NCBI GenBank assembly: GCA_025928215.1
Contig: JAICJW010000001.1
Coordinates: forward strand, 1-39,152
DNA: 39,152 bases
Direction: 5' to 3'
From: Chloroflexia bacterium
Lineage (GTDB): Bacteria > Chloroflexota > Chloroflexia > Thermomicrobiales > JALYUS01
Shown here: positions 24,643-32,915 of the stretch, piece by piece
Position numbering within the stretch: position 1 is the stretch's first letter
Layout of the letters: every line of letters begins with the position of its first letter
The notes under the pieces: generated by a model
What the model was told of the DNA's origin: nothing
Database searches by the model: none
The model's input: only the letters and a program-made list of their open reading frames with translations
Program-made: the position numbers and the translations under genes

Positions 24643-25386
24643 ATGGCGGGTGGACTTGTCGGAAACGTGGCACTCGTCACCGGAGCGGGGAGCGGCATCG
24701 GGCAGGCGGCGGCGGTGCGACTGGCGCGGGAGGGTTGCGCGCTTGTCCTCGTCGGGCGGCGGGAAGCGAATCTGAAGGAGACCGCCGGGATGCTCGGCGG
24801 TGCCGATGTGCTGATTCAGCCGGCGGACATCGGCGATCCTGCGGCGGTAGAAGGCGTGGTGAAGGCGACGCTGGCAAAGCATGGGCGGCTCGATCTGCTC
24901 GTCAACGCAGCGGGGCTGAATGTGCCGAAACGGTCGCTGGCGGACTCGTCCATCGCGGACTATCAGACGGTGATCGCGGCGGATCTGAACGGCGCGTTCT
25001 ATCTGACGCGCGGCTTCCTCCCGGCGATGCGGCAGCAAGGCGGCGGGACGGTCATCAACATCGTCTCGGATTCCGGTTGGCGCGGCAACAACTTCGCGGG
25101 CGTCGCCTATATCGCGGCGAAATTCGGCCTGCGCGGCCTGACCGAGGCGATCAACGCGGAGGAGCGGCAGCACGGTATCCGCGCCACCGCGATCTATCCC
25201 GGCGAGGTGAACACGCCAATCCTCGACCGCCGCCCGGTGCCACCGCCGCCCGAGGCGCGCGAAAAGATGCTGCAAGCATCAGACGTCGCCGAGTGCATCG
25301 CCCTCGCCGCTCTCCTCCCGCCCCGCGCGATCATCGAGGACCTCGTCGTCCGCCCCGCCATCCAGGATTGGATCAGCCGGAGATAA
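24643..25386 (+). CDS. SDR family oxidoreductase
   Basis: Contains VALVTGAGSGIGQAAA, NAAG, YIAAKFGLRGLTE (YxxxK). The ATG directly abuts the TAA of the upstream gene. Confidence 0.9.
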   Translation: MAGGLVGNVALVTGAGSGIGQAAAVRLAREGCALVLVGRREANLKETAGMLGGADVLIQPADIGDPAAVEGVVKATLAKHGRLDLLVNAAGLNVPKRSLADSSIADYQTVIAADLNGAFYLTRGFLPAMRQQGGGTVINIVSDSGWRGNNFAGVAYIAAKFGLRGLTEAINAEERQHGIRATAIYPGEVNTPILDRRPVPPPPEAREKMLQASDVAECIALAALLPPRAIIEDLVVRPAIQDWISRR

Positions 25387-25395
25387 GCAACCGAC

Positions 25396-25532
25396 AAACC
25401 GATTGAACCGCAGAGACGCAGAGAACGCGGAGAGGGAGGAGCGGAAGACGACGATGAAATCCCGATCTATTATTTCTTCTCCCCTTCTTTCTCTTCTCTG
25501 TATTTCTCCGCGTCCTCTGCGTCTCTGCGGTT
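25396..25532. repeat. Long palindromic intergenic repeat, copy 1 (AAACCGATTGAACCGCAGAGACGCAGAGAACG family)
   Basis: The left arm AACCGCAGAGACGCAGAGAACGCGGAGA (25406-25433) pairs with the right arm TCTCCGCGTCCTCTGCGTCTCTGCGGTT (25505-25532), with 1 mismatch. The interior is purine-rich then pyrimidine-rich and partly self-complementary. The first 32 nt (25396-25427) are identical to 32780-32811. Confidence 0.85.
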
Positions 25533-25562
25533 GATGTGTTTTCGACCCTTCTGGAGGTAGCG

Positions 25563-25919
25563 ATGCAGGTGATACGGGTGACGGAGGAGAAGCGGAAGCC
25601 GGGGAACAATCCGGCGTTCATTGGGCCGGTGTTGACACAGGATGTCGTGAGTGACGAGATGGCGGCGCTGCTGCGGGTGACGGAGGTGACCTTCCCGGCG
25701 GGGGCGCGCAACAAATGGCACAAACACGCGGCGGATCAGGTGCTGATCGTCACAGCGGGGCAGGGAATCATCGCGACCGACGCGGAGGAGCGCACGATCA
25801 CGCCCGGCGATGTCGTGCTGATCCCCGCGAATGAGAAACACTGGCACGGCGCGACCGCCGACACGGCAATGACGCACTATGCCATCCTCACGCCTGGCCC
25901 AATGACTGTCCTGGAATAA
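25563..25919 (+). CDS. Cupin-domain protein
   Basis: Contains VTFPAGARNKWHKHAADQVLIVTAGQGI ... GDVVLIPANEKHWHGA (cupin motifs 1 and 2). ATG 25563 follows GGAGG. Confidence 0.8.
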   Translation: MQVIRVTEEKRKPGNNPAFIGPVLTQDVVSDEMAALLRVTEVTFPAGARNKWHKHAADQVLIVTAGQGIIATDAEERTITPGDVVLIPANEKHWHGATADTAMTHYAILTPGPMTVLE

Positions 25920-25936
25920 GCGGCATCTACAGGCCG

Positions 25937-26335
25937 CTATTCGAACACGGCATCGGCATGAAGCGTTACGGTCGCGAACACGGTGGACGGGAGCGATTCC
26001 CCACGATTGGCCAGCGCGATGAAGCGAAAATGGCCCTCGTTTGGCATGGTCTGATACTTCCGGTCATAGATAATCGCGATATCCGGTTGCGGCTGGCTAT
26101 TGTTCGATAGACGAATCGGGTTCTGAACGCTGATCAATACGTCGTCGGGGAGAAGACGGCTCAACATCCGATTGAGGCGATTGACACCGTTCATATGCCG
26201 GACACCAATCGGACTCAGTTCGATGATCTCCCCCGCCACTAACTCCAGCCGGTCGTCCTCATAGAGAATGCCGGAAGCAGCCATCCGTTCGTATTCATCT
26301 ACCGTGAATCGTCGTCGTGGTATCAACATCGCCAT
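25937..26335 (-). CDS. Uma2 (DUF820)-like protein, short form apparently lacking the central nuclease core
   Basis: FTVDEYERMAASGILYEDDRLELVAGEIIELSPIGVRHMNGVNRLNRMLSRLL...ISVQNPIRLSNNSQPQPDIAII is a good Uma2 N-terminal half. The sequence then jumps to a C-terminal-like ...NRGESLPSTVFATVTLHADAVFE. At about 132 aa it is short of the roughly 180-190 aa I recall for the family. ATG 26335 has GAGGG upstream. Confidence 0.6.
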   Translation of the reverse strand: MAMLIPRRRFTVDEYERMAASGILYEDDRLELVAGEIIELSPIGVRHMNGVNRLNRMLSRLLPDDVLISVQNPIRLSNNSQPQPDIAIIYDRKYQTMPNEGHFRFIALANRGESLPSTVFATVTLHADAVFE

Positions 26336-26436
26336 GCAATTGCCCTCAGTCACGTTGCTTCATCCGTAGGGAGCACAGGATACCATTCACGCTCCGGCAT
26401 ATTGACGCCGCCCACACCGCATGTGAGACTCCGGCA

Positions 26437-27375
26437 ATGAACCGCACGCCGATTGTCTACAGCGATCACTATCTCGATCACCATACCGGCCCGCACCCTG
26501 AGACCGAGGGGCGCCTTGTGGCGATCATCGAGCATCTCGACGCGCAGGGGCTCCTGGTGAATCGCCCGCTCCTCACACCGACAAACGCGCCCCGTGAGGC
26601 GATCTTGCGCGTGCATGACGCCGCGTATGTGGATGCGCTGGAGCGATTTTGCGCGGCGGGTGGCGGCTGGCTCGAACCGAGCACCGTCGTTTCGGCGGCG
26701 TCGTTCGATGTCGCGCTGCTCGCCGCCGGTGGAGCGATTCGCGCGGTGGACGCCGTGCTGACGGGCGAGGCCGCGCGTGCCTTCGCGCTCGTCCGGCCGC
26801 CCGGCCACCACGCGACGGTGGAGACCGGCATGGGCTTCTGCCTCTTCAACAATGTCGCCGTCGCCGCGCAGTACGCGCGCGACCGCTACGGCCTCGAACG
26901 GGTCGCGATCATTGATTGGGATGTCCACCACGGCAACGGTACGAACGACATCTTCTACAACGATCCGCATGTGCTCTTCATCTCAACGCATCAACATCCA
27001 CTCTACCCAGGGAGCGGATTGGCGCGCGAGCGCGGCGTGGGCGTGGGGGAGGGGTACTCCCTCAATATCCCGCTGCCGCCGCGTTCCGGCGACGCGGACT
27101 ATCTGCGCGTTTTCGACAACTTAATCGGCCCGCTCGTCCTCAGTTATCAGCCCGAACTGCTCTTCATCTCCGCTGGCTTCGACGCCGCGCAGGATGACCC
27201 GCTCGCTGAGATGCTCGTCTCGGATGAGGGTTTCCGGCAGATGGCCGAGCGCGCCGTCGCGTGGGCGGATACCTGCTGCGAGGGGCGGATTGTCGCTCTG
27301 CTCGAAGGTGGTTACGACCTCGCCGCGCTCGCACGGGGCGTCGCCGTCACACTGCGCGTGCTGGATGGGGAATAG
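26437..27375 (+). CDS. Histone deacetylase-family (AcuC/APAH-like) zinc deacetylase
   Basis: Contains PETEGRL, FALVRPPGHHA, IIDWDVHHGNGT, FISAGFDA, EGGYDL. I set the start at ATG 26437 (MNRTPIVYSDHY). Confidence 0.9.
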   Translation: MNRTPIVYSDHYLDHHTGPHPETEGRLVAIIEHLDAQGLLVNRPLLTPTNAPREAILRVHDAAYVDALERFCAAGGGWLEPSTVVSAASFDVALLAAGGAIRAVDAVLTGEAARAFALVRPPGHHATVETGMGFCLFNNVAVAAQYARDRYGLERVAIIDWDVHHGNGTNDIFYNDPHVLFISTHQHPLYPGSGLARERGVGVGEGYSLNIPLPPRSGDADYLRVFDNLIGPLVLSYQPELLFISAGFDAAQDDPLAEMLVSDEGFRQMAERAVAWADTCCEGRIVALLEGGYDLAALARGVAVTLRVLDGE

Positions 27376-27384
27376 GAAGCCGCG

Positions 27385-27834
27385 ATGCCCGCCTGTCACA
27401 TACGTCAGGCGACGAACGCGGATGCCGATTTTCTCCACCGCCTGCATGTCGCGGCGATGCGCGATTTCGTCGCGCGGGTATGGGGGTGGGGATGGGATGA
27501 CGTGTGGCAGCAGCGATACTTCGCGGCGCATTTCGACCCCACGCACTCCCGAATTGTCGTTGTGGGCGGGGAGGATGTCGGCGTTATCGCGGTGGAGTGG
27601 AGCCGGGCGGATGCCTGCCCTGCCAACATCGAAATCCTGCCGGAGTATTAGGGGCAACGGTTAGGGGCAGCGCTCGTTAGTGGCACGATCACGCAGGCGG
27701 CGGCGCGCAATCTCCCCGTGCGGTCGCAGGTATTGAAGCTCAATCCCGCCCGGCGGCTCTACGAACGGCTCGGCTTTGTCATCACCGGGGGGACCGAGAC
27801 GCATTTCCTGATGGAAACCGCCCGCTCTTACTAG
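27385..27834 (+). pseudogene. GNAT family N-acetyltransferase interrupted by an in-frame TAG
   Basis: The ORF-track fragment 27385..27651 ends ...ANIEILPEY*. The same frame continues GQRLGAALVSGTITQAAARNLPVRSQVLKLNPARRLYERLGFVITGGTETHFLMETARSY* to 27834. TAG 27649-27651 sits where PEY[Q/R]G usually precedes motif A (QRLGAA here). The trailing N.A..LYE.LGF is classic GNAT. Confidence 0.7.
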
Positions 27835-27908
27835 CCGCCTGCCCGAATTCATGCGATAAAGGTGCGGAACAATCCGTCTTCTTCCCGTCATTGCTGACAA
27901 GTCATGGC

Positions 27909-27925
27909 GGGGCCGGGGGTGAGGT
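27909..27925 (+). repeat. 17-mer GGGGCCGGGGGTGAGGT (identical to 2241-2257), directly abutting the hisH ATG
   Basis: Exact 17/17 match to copy A. Here the ATG (27926) follows immediately. At copy A the ATG follows after 6 nt. Confidence 0.6.
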
Positions 27926-28579
27926 ATGGAGCCAATCGCGATCCTCGATTATGGCGGCGGCAACGTCGCGAACGCGCGCAACGCCTTTGAACACGAGGGC
28001 GCGCGCGTCGTCATCACTGCCGATCACGCGGTGATCCGGCGGGCACCCGGCGTCGTCCTCCCCGGTGTCGGCGCGACGGCGGACGTGATGGGCGGCTTGG
28101 AAGCGCGCGGCCTCGTCCCGATCATCCATGAAGTGATTGATCGGGGCACAACTCCCTTCCTCGGTATCTGCGTCGGCATGCAGGTGCTCCTCGATCGCAG
28201 CGAGGAGGGAGAGGAGCATTCCTGCCTCGGCGTCGTACCTGGCGCGGTACGGCGGCTGCCGCAGGGAATCATCGTGCCACACATGGGATGGAACGCGGTG
28301 CGCCAGGTCGAACCTCACCCGCTCTGGGAGGGCATCGCGGACCTGACGCCCTTCTACCATCTCCATTCCTTCTTCTGCGACATCGCCGATCCGGCATGGA
28401 TGGCGGGCGAGACGGCATACGGCGTCCACTTCGCTTCCGTTCTGGCGCGCGGCAACGTGATGGGTACGCAGTTCCACCCGGAGAAGAGCGGCGCGGCGGG
28501 CTTGCGCCTCCTGCGGAACTTCGTCGGCATCGTCGAGGGAGCGCACGCGGCGCTGCCTGCCTCTGCCACGGTCCGATGA
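27926..28579 (+). CDS. hisH: Imidazole glycerol phosphate synthase, glutamine amidotransferase subunit HisH
   Basis: Contains IAILDYGGGNVANARNAFE, VVLPGVGA, PFLGICVGMQVL (catalytic Cys), PHMGWN, GTQFHPEKSG. Confidence 0.9.
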   Translation: MEPIAILDYGGGNVANARNAFEHEGARVVITADHAVIRRAPGVVLPGVGATADVMGGLEARGLVPIIHEVIDRGTTPFLGICVGMQVLLDRSEEGEEHSCLGVVPGAVRRLPQGIIVPHMGWNAVRQVEPHPLWEGIADLTPFYHLHSFFCDIADPAWMAGETAYGVHFASVLARGNVMGTQFHPEKSGAAGLRLLRNFVGIVEGAHAALPASATVR

Positions 28580-29298
28580 TCGTCATTCCCGCGATTGACC
28601 TGCGCGGTGGGAAGTGCGTTCGCCTCTTGCAGGGCGACTTTTCACGTGAAACGGTCTATGGCGATGATCCGGTGGCGATGGCGCGCCACTGGGCGGAGGA
28701 AGGAGCGACGATGCTGCACGTCGTGGACCTCGACGGCGCAGCGGCAGGATCACCGCAACAGACGGCGCTGATCGCCGCAATCTGCGCTACCGTCCCACTG
28801 CCCGTCGAGGTCGGTGGCGGGTTGCGCACCCTCGCGGACATCGAAGTGACGCTCGCGGCGGGCGTCAGCCGGATCGTTCTCGGTACGGCGGCGATTGAGA
28901 ACCCTGATCTCGTCACGGCGGCCTTAGCGGCGCACGGGCCGGAGCGAATCATCCTCGGCCTCGACGCGCGGAACGGCTACGTCGCGACGGGTGGCTGGCT
29001 GGCGACGAGCAGCGTCCGCGCCATAGACCTTGCCTGCGCGATGGCGGCGCGTGGCGTGCGCCGTGTCATCGCGACGGACATTGGCCGCGATGGCGCGCGC
29101 ACCGGCCCGAACGTCGAATTCCTCGCGGGAATCGCGACGAGCGGGCTCGCGGTGATCGCTTCCGGCGGTGTCAAGGATCGCAGCCATCTTGCCCTACTTG
29201 CCACTACCCCCGGCGTTGAGGCCGTCATCACCGGCACCGCCCTCTACACCGGCGACCTCACCCTCGGCCCCGGCGAGTGGGAGATTTCCACACCGTGA
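28576..29298 (+). CDS. hisA: ProFAR isomerase HisA
   Basis: Contains MIVIPAIDLRGGKCVRLLQGDF, LHVVDLDGA, VEVGGGLR, IVLGTAA, IATDIGRDGARTGPN, ASGGV. ATG 28576 overlaps the hisH TGA 28577-28579 (ATGA). Confidence 0.9.
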   Translation: MIVIPAIDLRGGKCVRLLQGDFSRETVYGDDPVAMARHWAEEGATMLHVVDLDGAAAGSPQQTALIAAICATVPLPVEVGGGLRTLADIEVTLAAGVSRIVLGTAAIENPDLVTAALAAHGPERIILGLDARNGYVATGGWLATSSVRAIDLACAMAARGVRRVIATDIGRDGARTGPNVEFLAGIATSGLAVIASGGVKDRSHLALLATTPGVEAVITGTALYTGDLTLGPGEWEISTP

Positions 29299-29442
29299 TA
29301 GACGGTGATTTGCTCCGGTTCTACCTTCCGTGCGATATCGTGCACGGACGCTCGGCGTTCGCCAACGATCGGAACGTTGTCGAATCCTGAGCATGAATGC
29401 GTCACCCTTGTGTACCCTCCATGCGCGTGCGACACTCGCGGC

Positions 29443-30705
29443 ATGACCGCGACGCTTGCCCCACCTGCCCCCGCCCGGAAGGAATCCCCGCATCATCCGC
29501 TGACGTTCTGGCTGATCGCGGCGCAGTACGCGATTTTTGGCGTCACCTTCGCGATGGTCAGCGTGCTCTGGAAGGACATCATCGTCGCCGTCCATATCTC
29601 GGAGGCGACGTTCGGGCGCATCCTCGCCGTGATGCCGGTGGCGGGGGTGCCGATCATGTTGCTCGGCGGCTACCTCGGCGACCGGATCGGCCCGCGCCTT
29701 CTGCCGACATTCGGCACGGTGCTGATGATCGCCTTCTGTCTGACGCTCGTCGGCCCTGCCTCAATCATGCTCCTGTTCCTCGCCGTGATCTTTCAGGGCG
29801 TCGGCGCGGGGATTTACGATGTCGGCATCAATGCCGCAGCGGTGGACTACGAGCGCCGCGCGCCCAAAAGCGTCCTCAATGCCCTCCATGCCTGCTTCAA
29901 CGCGGGTGCGGTCACGGGCGCAATCGTCACGGGCGTTTTGCGCTCGGCCGGCGTGCCATATCAGGCGATTCTCGCCGGGCTTGCCGTGCTCTATGGCCTG
30001 ATGCTCATCGCGATCTGGCGCATACCGGCCCCCATGCAAACGAGCCATGCCACGCAGCAGCGCGACTGGCGCGGCACGCTCCGGGAGATGCGGACGAACC
30101 GGACGATGCGGCTGATCGCGATCATCCTCTGCTGTGGCCTCGTCATTGAGGGGACAATGGGCACCTGGGCGACGCTCTATCTGCGCGCGGACATCGGGTT
30201 GGCGGCATGGATCGGTGGGATCGGCTACGCGCTCTTCAATGTGACGATGACGATTGGCCGTCTGATGAATCAGCGCCTGCTTGCCCGGATCGGCCCGCGT
30301 ACGGCGCTGATCGGCGCGGGCGGGGCGATTCTCGTCGTCACGGTGCTGACGCTCCAGACGCGCCAGCCGTGGCTGGTCATCCTCGGCTTCGGCGCGCTCG
30401 GTGTGGTGACGGCGGGCGTCTTTCCGACCGGGTTCATCGTCGTCGGGCGGATCGCGCCGGGGGCGATGGGGTTGGTTTCCGGCGTGCTTTTCGCGCTCGC
30501 CTATCTCGCGTGGGCTGCGTCCTCTCCGCTCGTCGGCGGCATCGCGGATGCGCTTTCGCTCCGCCTCGCGCTCGGCATCCTCGGCATTCTCGGCGCGATT
30601 GTCACGCTCTGCGCGCTGCGCCTGCCGGACCAAGGTGCGCAGTCAGCGAAACCAACGCTCCCGCTGTCGGTCATGATGACGCCGAATGACCCGGACATCG
30701 GTTAA
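29443..30705 (+). CDS. MFS transporter
   Basis: About 12 hydrophobic segments, with a GDRIGPR loop motif between the early helices. I set the start at ATG 29443 (MTATLAPPAP...). Its TAA overlaps the convergent gene's TAA within TTAA (30702-30705). Confidence 0.85.
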   Translation: MTATLAPPAPARKESPHHPLTFWLIAAQYAIFGVTFAMVSVLWKDIIVAVHISEATFGRILAVMPVAGVPIMLLGGYLGDRIGPRLLPTFGTVLMIAFCLTLVGPASIMLLFLAVIFQGVGAGIYDVGINAAAVDYERRAPKSVLNALHACFNAGAVTGAIVTGVLRSAGVPYQAILAGLAVLYGLMLIAIWRIPAPMQTSHATQQRDWRGTLREMRTNRTMRLIAIILCCGLVIEGTMGTWATLYLRADIGLAAWIGGIGYALFNVTMTIGRLMNQRLLARIGPRTALIGAGGAILVVTVLTLQTRQPWLVILGFGALGVVTAGVFPTGFIVVGRIAPGAMGLVSGVLFALAYLAWAASSPLVGGIADALSLRLALGILGILGAIVTLCALRLPDQGAQSAKPTLPLSVMMTPNDPDIG

Positions 30706-31538
30706 TTCCGCTCGAAGACGCCCTGAATGATCGTCAGTCGGTCTTCCTGGAGACTGCGCGCGACATTGCCTATCATCTCCGGGAACTGCGTCCCTATGAG
30801 CAGTTGAATCCCAAGCGGTGGCGGGCCATTCAGCGCCATAAGGGAGGCCTGCCGCCGCAAGACGGCGATGATCGTTTCGCGCTCATCAGCCCATTCAATC
30901 TCACGGAACCCGGTTGCCGCGAGCAGTTTGCGCGTTCCTTCTGAGGAGCGTAAGAAGCTGATCGCCGGGTCGCGCGCCCACGGGACGGGGAAATGGATCG
31001 GTTGCACCGGCCCGGCCATGTTTTCGTGCATGGCAAGGCGGCCACGCGGGCGTAGTACCCGATGAATCTCGCGGTACAATTGCTCTTTCTCCGCGATATT
31101 CATCGTGGAATGCTGTGCCCAGACGGCATCGAACTCCCCATCCGCAAACGGCATGTCGAGCGCGCTGCCGTGTTGGAAGATGACGCGGTCGCTCATGCCG
31201 ACGCGTTCTGTGAGCATTGCCCCGACCTGGCAGAATTCCTCCGAGAGATCCAGCACCGTGACAGTGCAGTCGGCGTGGTCGGCGATTACGCGCGCTGGCC
31301 CGCCCAAACCGCCACCGACATCAAGGACGTGCATTCCCGATTCAAGACCCGCTCGTTGTATCAATTCGAGCGTCGCGGGTTTACCACCGAGATGGAACTG
31401 ATCAACGGGAGTGAGATCGTCGAGTGCAAGTGCGTCGGGATCCTTCCCGGCGGCGCGCAGGCCCGCGAGAATTCTTGCGCCGAGATTCCCCGATGTGTAG
31501 TGCGCGCTCACCGATTGAGAATAGTGTTTCGCGGCCAT
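30702..31538 (-). CDS. Class I SAM-dependent methyltransferase
   Basis: Contains GMHVLDVGGGLGGPARVIA (motif I), VLDLSEEF, MPFADGEFDAVWAQHS, LRPRGRLAMHE. ATG 31538 follows GGAGGA. It lies 25 nt downstream of the lipoprotein gene on the same strand. Confidence 0.85.
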   Translation of the reverse strand: MAAKHYSQSVSAHYTSGNLGARILAGLRAAGKDPDALALDDLTPVDQFHLGGKPATLELIQRAGLESGMHVLDVGGGLGGPARVIADHADCTVTVLDLSEEFCQVGAMLTERVGMSDRVIFQHGSALDMPFADGEFDAVWAQHSTMNIAEKEQLYREIHRVLRPRGRLAMHENMAGPVQPIHFPVPWARDPAISFLRSSEGTRKLLAATGFREIEWADERETIIAVLRRQASLMALNGPPPLGIQLLIGTQFPEMIGNVARSLQEDRLTIIQGVFERN

Positions 31539-31563
31539 GCGAATCCTCCGTACGCTCATCGTG

Positions 31564-32838
31564 TCAGGGGAGCGTGATGCTGCTCTCGATCCGGTCAAAG
31601 AGCGCCTGCGCGTCGTCCGGCCTCGCATCGTATTGCGCGGCAGGCACCTCGACGCTGACGACGTAGCCATTACCGCCTTTGACGAGCGCGACACTCTGCC
31701 CGACGACATCGTTTCCAACGACCGTCGCACGATAAAGGTTCCGCACGGCCCGTACGCCGCCAATCGTGTTCGCGCCCTCCGCGTCAATCTCGTAATTGCT
31801 CGTGGCTGCTTTCAACTCGCCCGCGACGGTGGCGGCGAAGTCGGTCAGTTTCGTACTCTCCGCCACCGGTTTGTGGATGACGCGGACGCGCTGCTCGCCC
31901 GTGGCGCTCTGCGCGGCGAACTCGACGCCCGGCGGCATCGCGGGCGGCGCGGCGGCGACCCAGCCGTCCGGGAGCGCGATGCCGAGACCCGATGGCGTAC
32001 GCGTGATCGTGCCGTTTCCGCTTGTTGGCGCGAGCGCGGCGGGTGTCGGCACATCGAGCTTGAGGGGCACCAGGGAACCGACGATGCCCGCAATCATCGG
32101 GCGCGTCGCGTCTGCAACGTTCGGTGCGGCAATCGCAGTGATCGCGATCGCGCCTGCGAAGGTGAGCGTGACGAATCGCTCAACCGTTACGGGCGCGCCA
32201 TTCGCGCGACGTGTGTACGTGAACTCATAGGTCGGTAGCCCCACATCGCTCGCACCGCGTACGCTGGTCAGCAGCGCGCGTTGCAGCGTATCGCCCGGTG
32301 CGTCCTTCCGATATGCCGCGTCGAGGAGTCCCGCGACGGCGGTTGGCGTGAGGCGCGTCCAATCCTCCGGTGTTGGGCCTTCCTCGATGGTCAGCGTGAT
32401 TGGATCGTTCGGCGCATGCGTGATGACCCGGCCCGGCGTTGCGGGATCGGGCGCGGGCGGCGTCCAACCGGGCGGGAGATCAATCCGATAGGTCTTTGCG
32501 GGGTTCGTGTATGTCGCGCCGCCTACCAGCGGCTGTAATCCCGGCGTTTCCGTGACGTCTATTGGAGCCGCCACCGTTACCGTCCGCGTCGCACTCGTGG
32601 ATGACGAAGCGCTCACCGTCGGTGTTGCCGGGTGGGTTGCGGGTGTCGCCGTATTCCCTTGGGGGGCGGGCGTACCCGGCACTGTGGTCAGTTGCGCCAG
32701 CGCCGTCTGCTGCGCTGTCAGCACCACCGGTGTCGGCGTCCCCTTCCCGCCCCCACATGCAACAAGGAGGACGAGGGAGAAACCGATTGAACCGCAGAGA
32801 CGCAGAGAACGTAGAGGAACGAATGAGAAGAAGAACAC
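31564..32838 (-). CDS. Hypothetical lipoprotein with two tandem PsbP/DcrB-like modules
   Basis: Lipobox LLVAC followed by GGGKG and a Thr/Pro-rich linker. Two similar modules begin YRIDLPPGWTPPAP... and LGIALPDGWVAAAPP... The start is uncertain: GTG 32838 gives MFFFSFVPLRSLRLCGSIGFSLVLLVAC, and in-frame ATGs lie at 32907 and 32928. All candidate starts lie inside repeat copy 2. Confidence 0.7.
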   Translation of the reverse strand: MFFFSFVPLRSLRLCGSIGFSLVLLVACGGGKGTPTPVVLTAQQTALAQLTTVPGTPAPQGNTATPATHPATPTVSASSSTSATRTVTVAAPIDVTETPGLQPLVGGATYTNPAKTYRIDLPPGWTPPAPDPATPGRVITHAPNDPITLTIEEGPTPEDWTRLTPTAVAGLLDAAYRKDAPGDTLQRALLTSVRGASDVGLPTYEFTYTRRANGAPVTVERFVTLTFAGAIAITAIAAPNVADATRPMIAGIVGSLVPLKLDVPTPAALAPTSGNGTITRTPSGLGIALPDGWVAAAPPAMPPGVEFAAQSATGEQRVRVIHKPVAESTKLTDFAATVAGELKAATSNYEIDAEGANTIGGVRAVRNLYRATVVGNDVVGQSVALVKGGNGYVVSVEVPAAQYDARPDDAQALFDRIESSITLP

Positions 32839-32904
32839 AAATCCGCCTTCTTTTCTTTCCCTCGTTCGTCTCCCTCTCTCTGCGTTCTCTGCATCTCTGC
32901 GGTT
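32780..32904. repeat. Long palindromic intergenic repeat, copy 2
   Basis: AAACCGATTGAACCGCAGAGACGCAGAGAACG (32780-32811) is identical to 25396-25427. The right arm CTCTGCGTTCTCTGCATCTCTGCGGTT ends at 32904, and the arms pair with about 2 mismatches. It lies between the NSAR-like stop (32916) and the lipobox of the next gene. Confidence 0.85.
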
Positions 32905-32915
32905 CATACCCGGAT

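Noticed and set aside
30702-30705. Convergent MFS and methyltransferase genes share overlapping stop codons within TTAA
   Set aside because: It is real in the sequence, but it is a trivial consequence of tight packing. No terminator or regulatory inference can be drawn from it alone.
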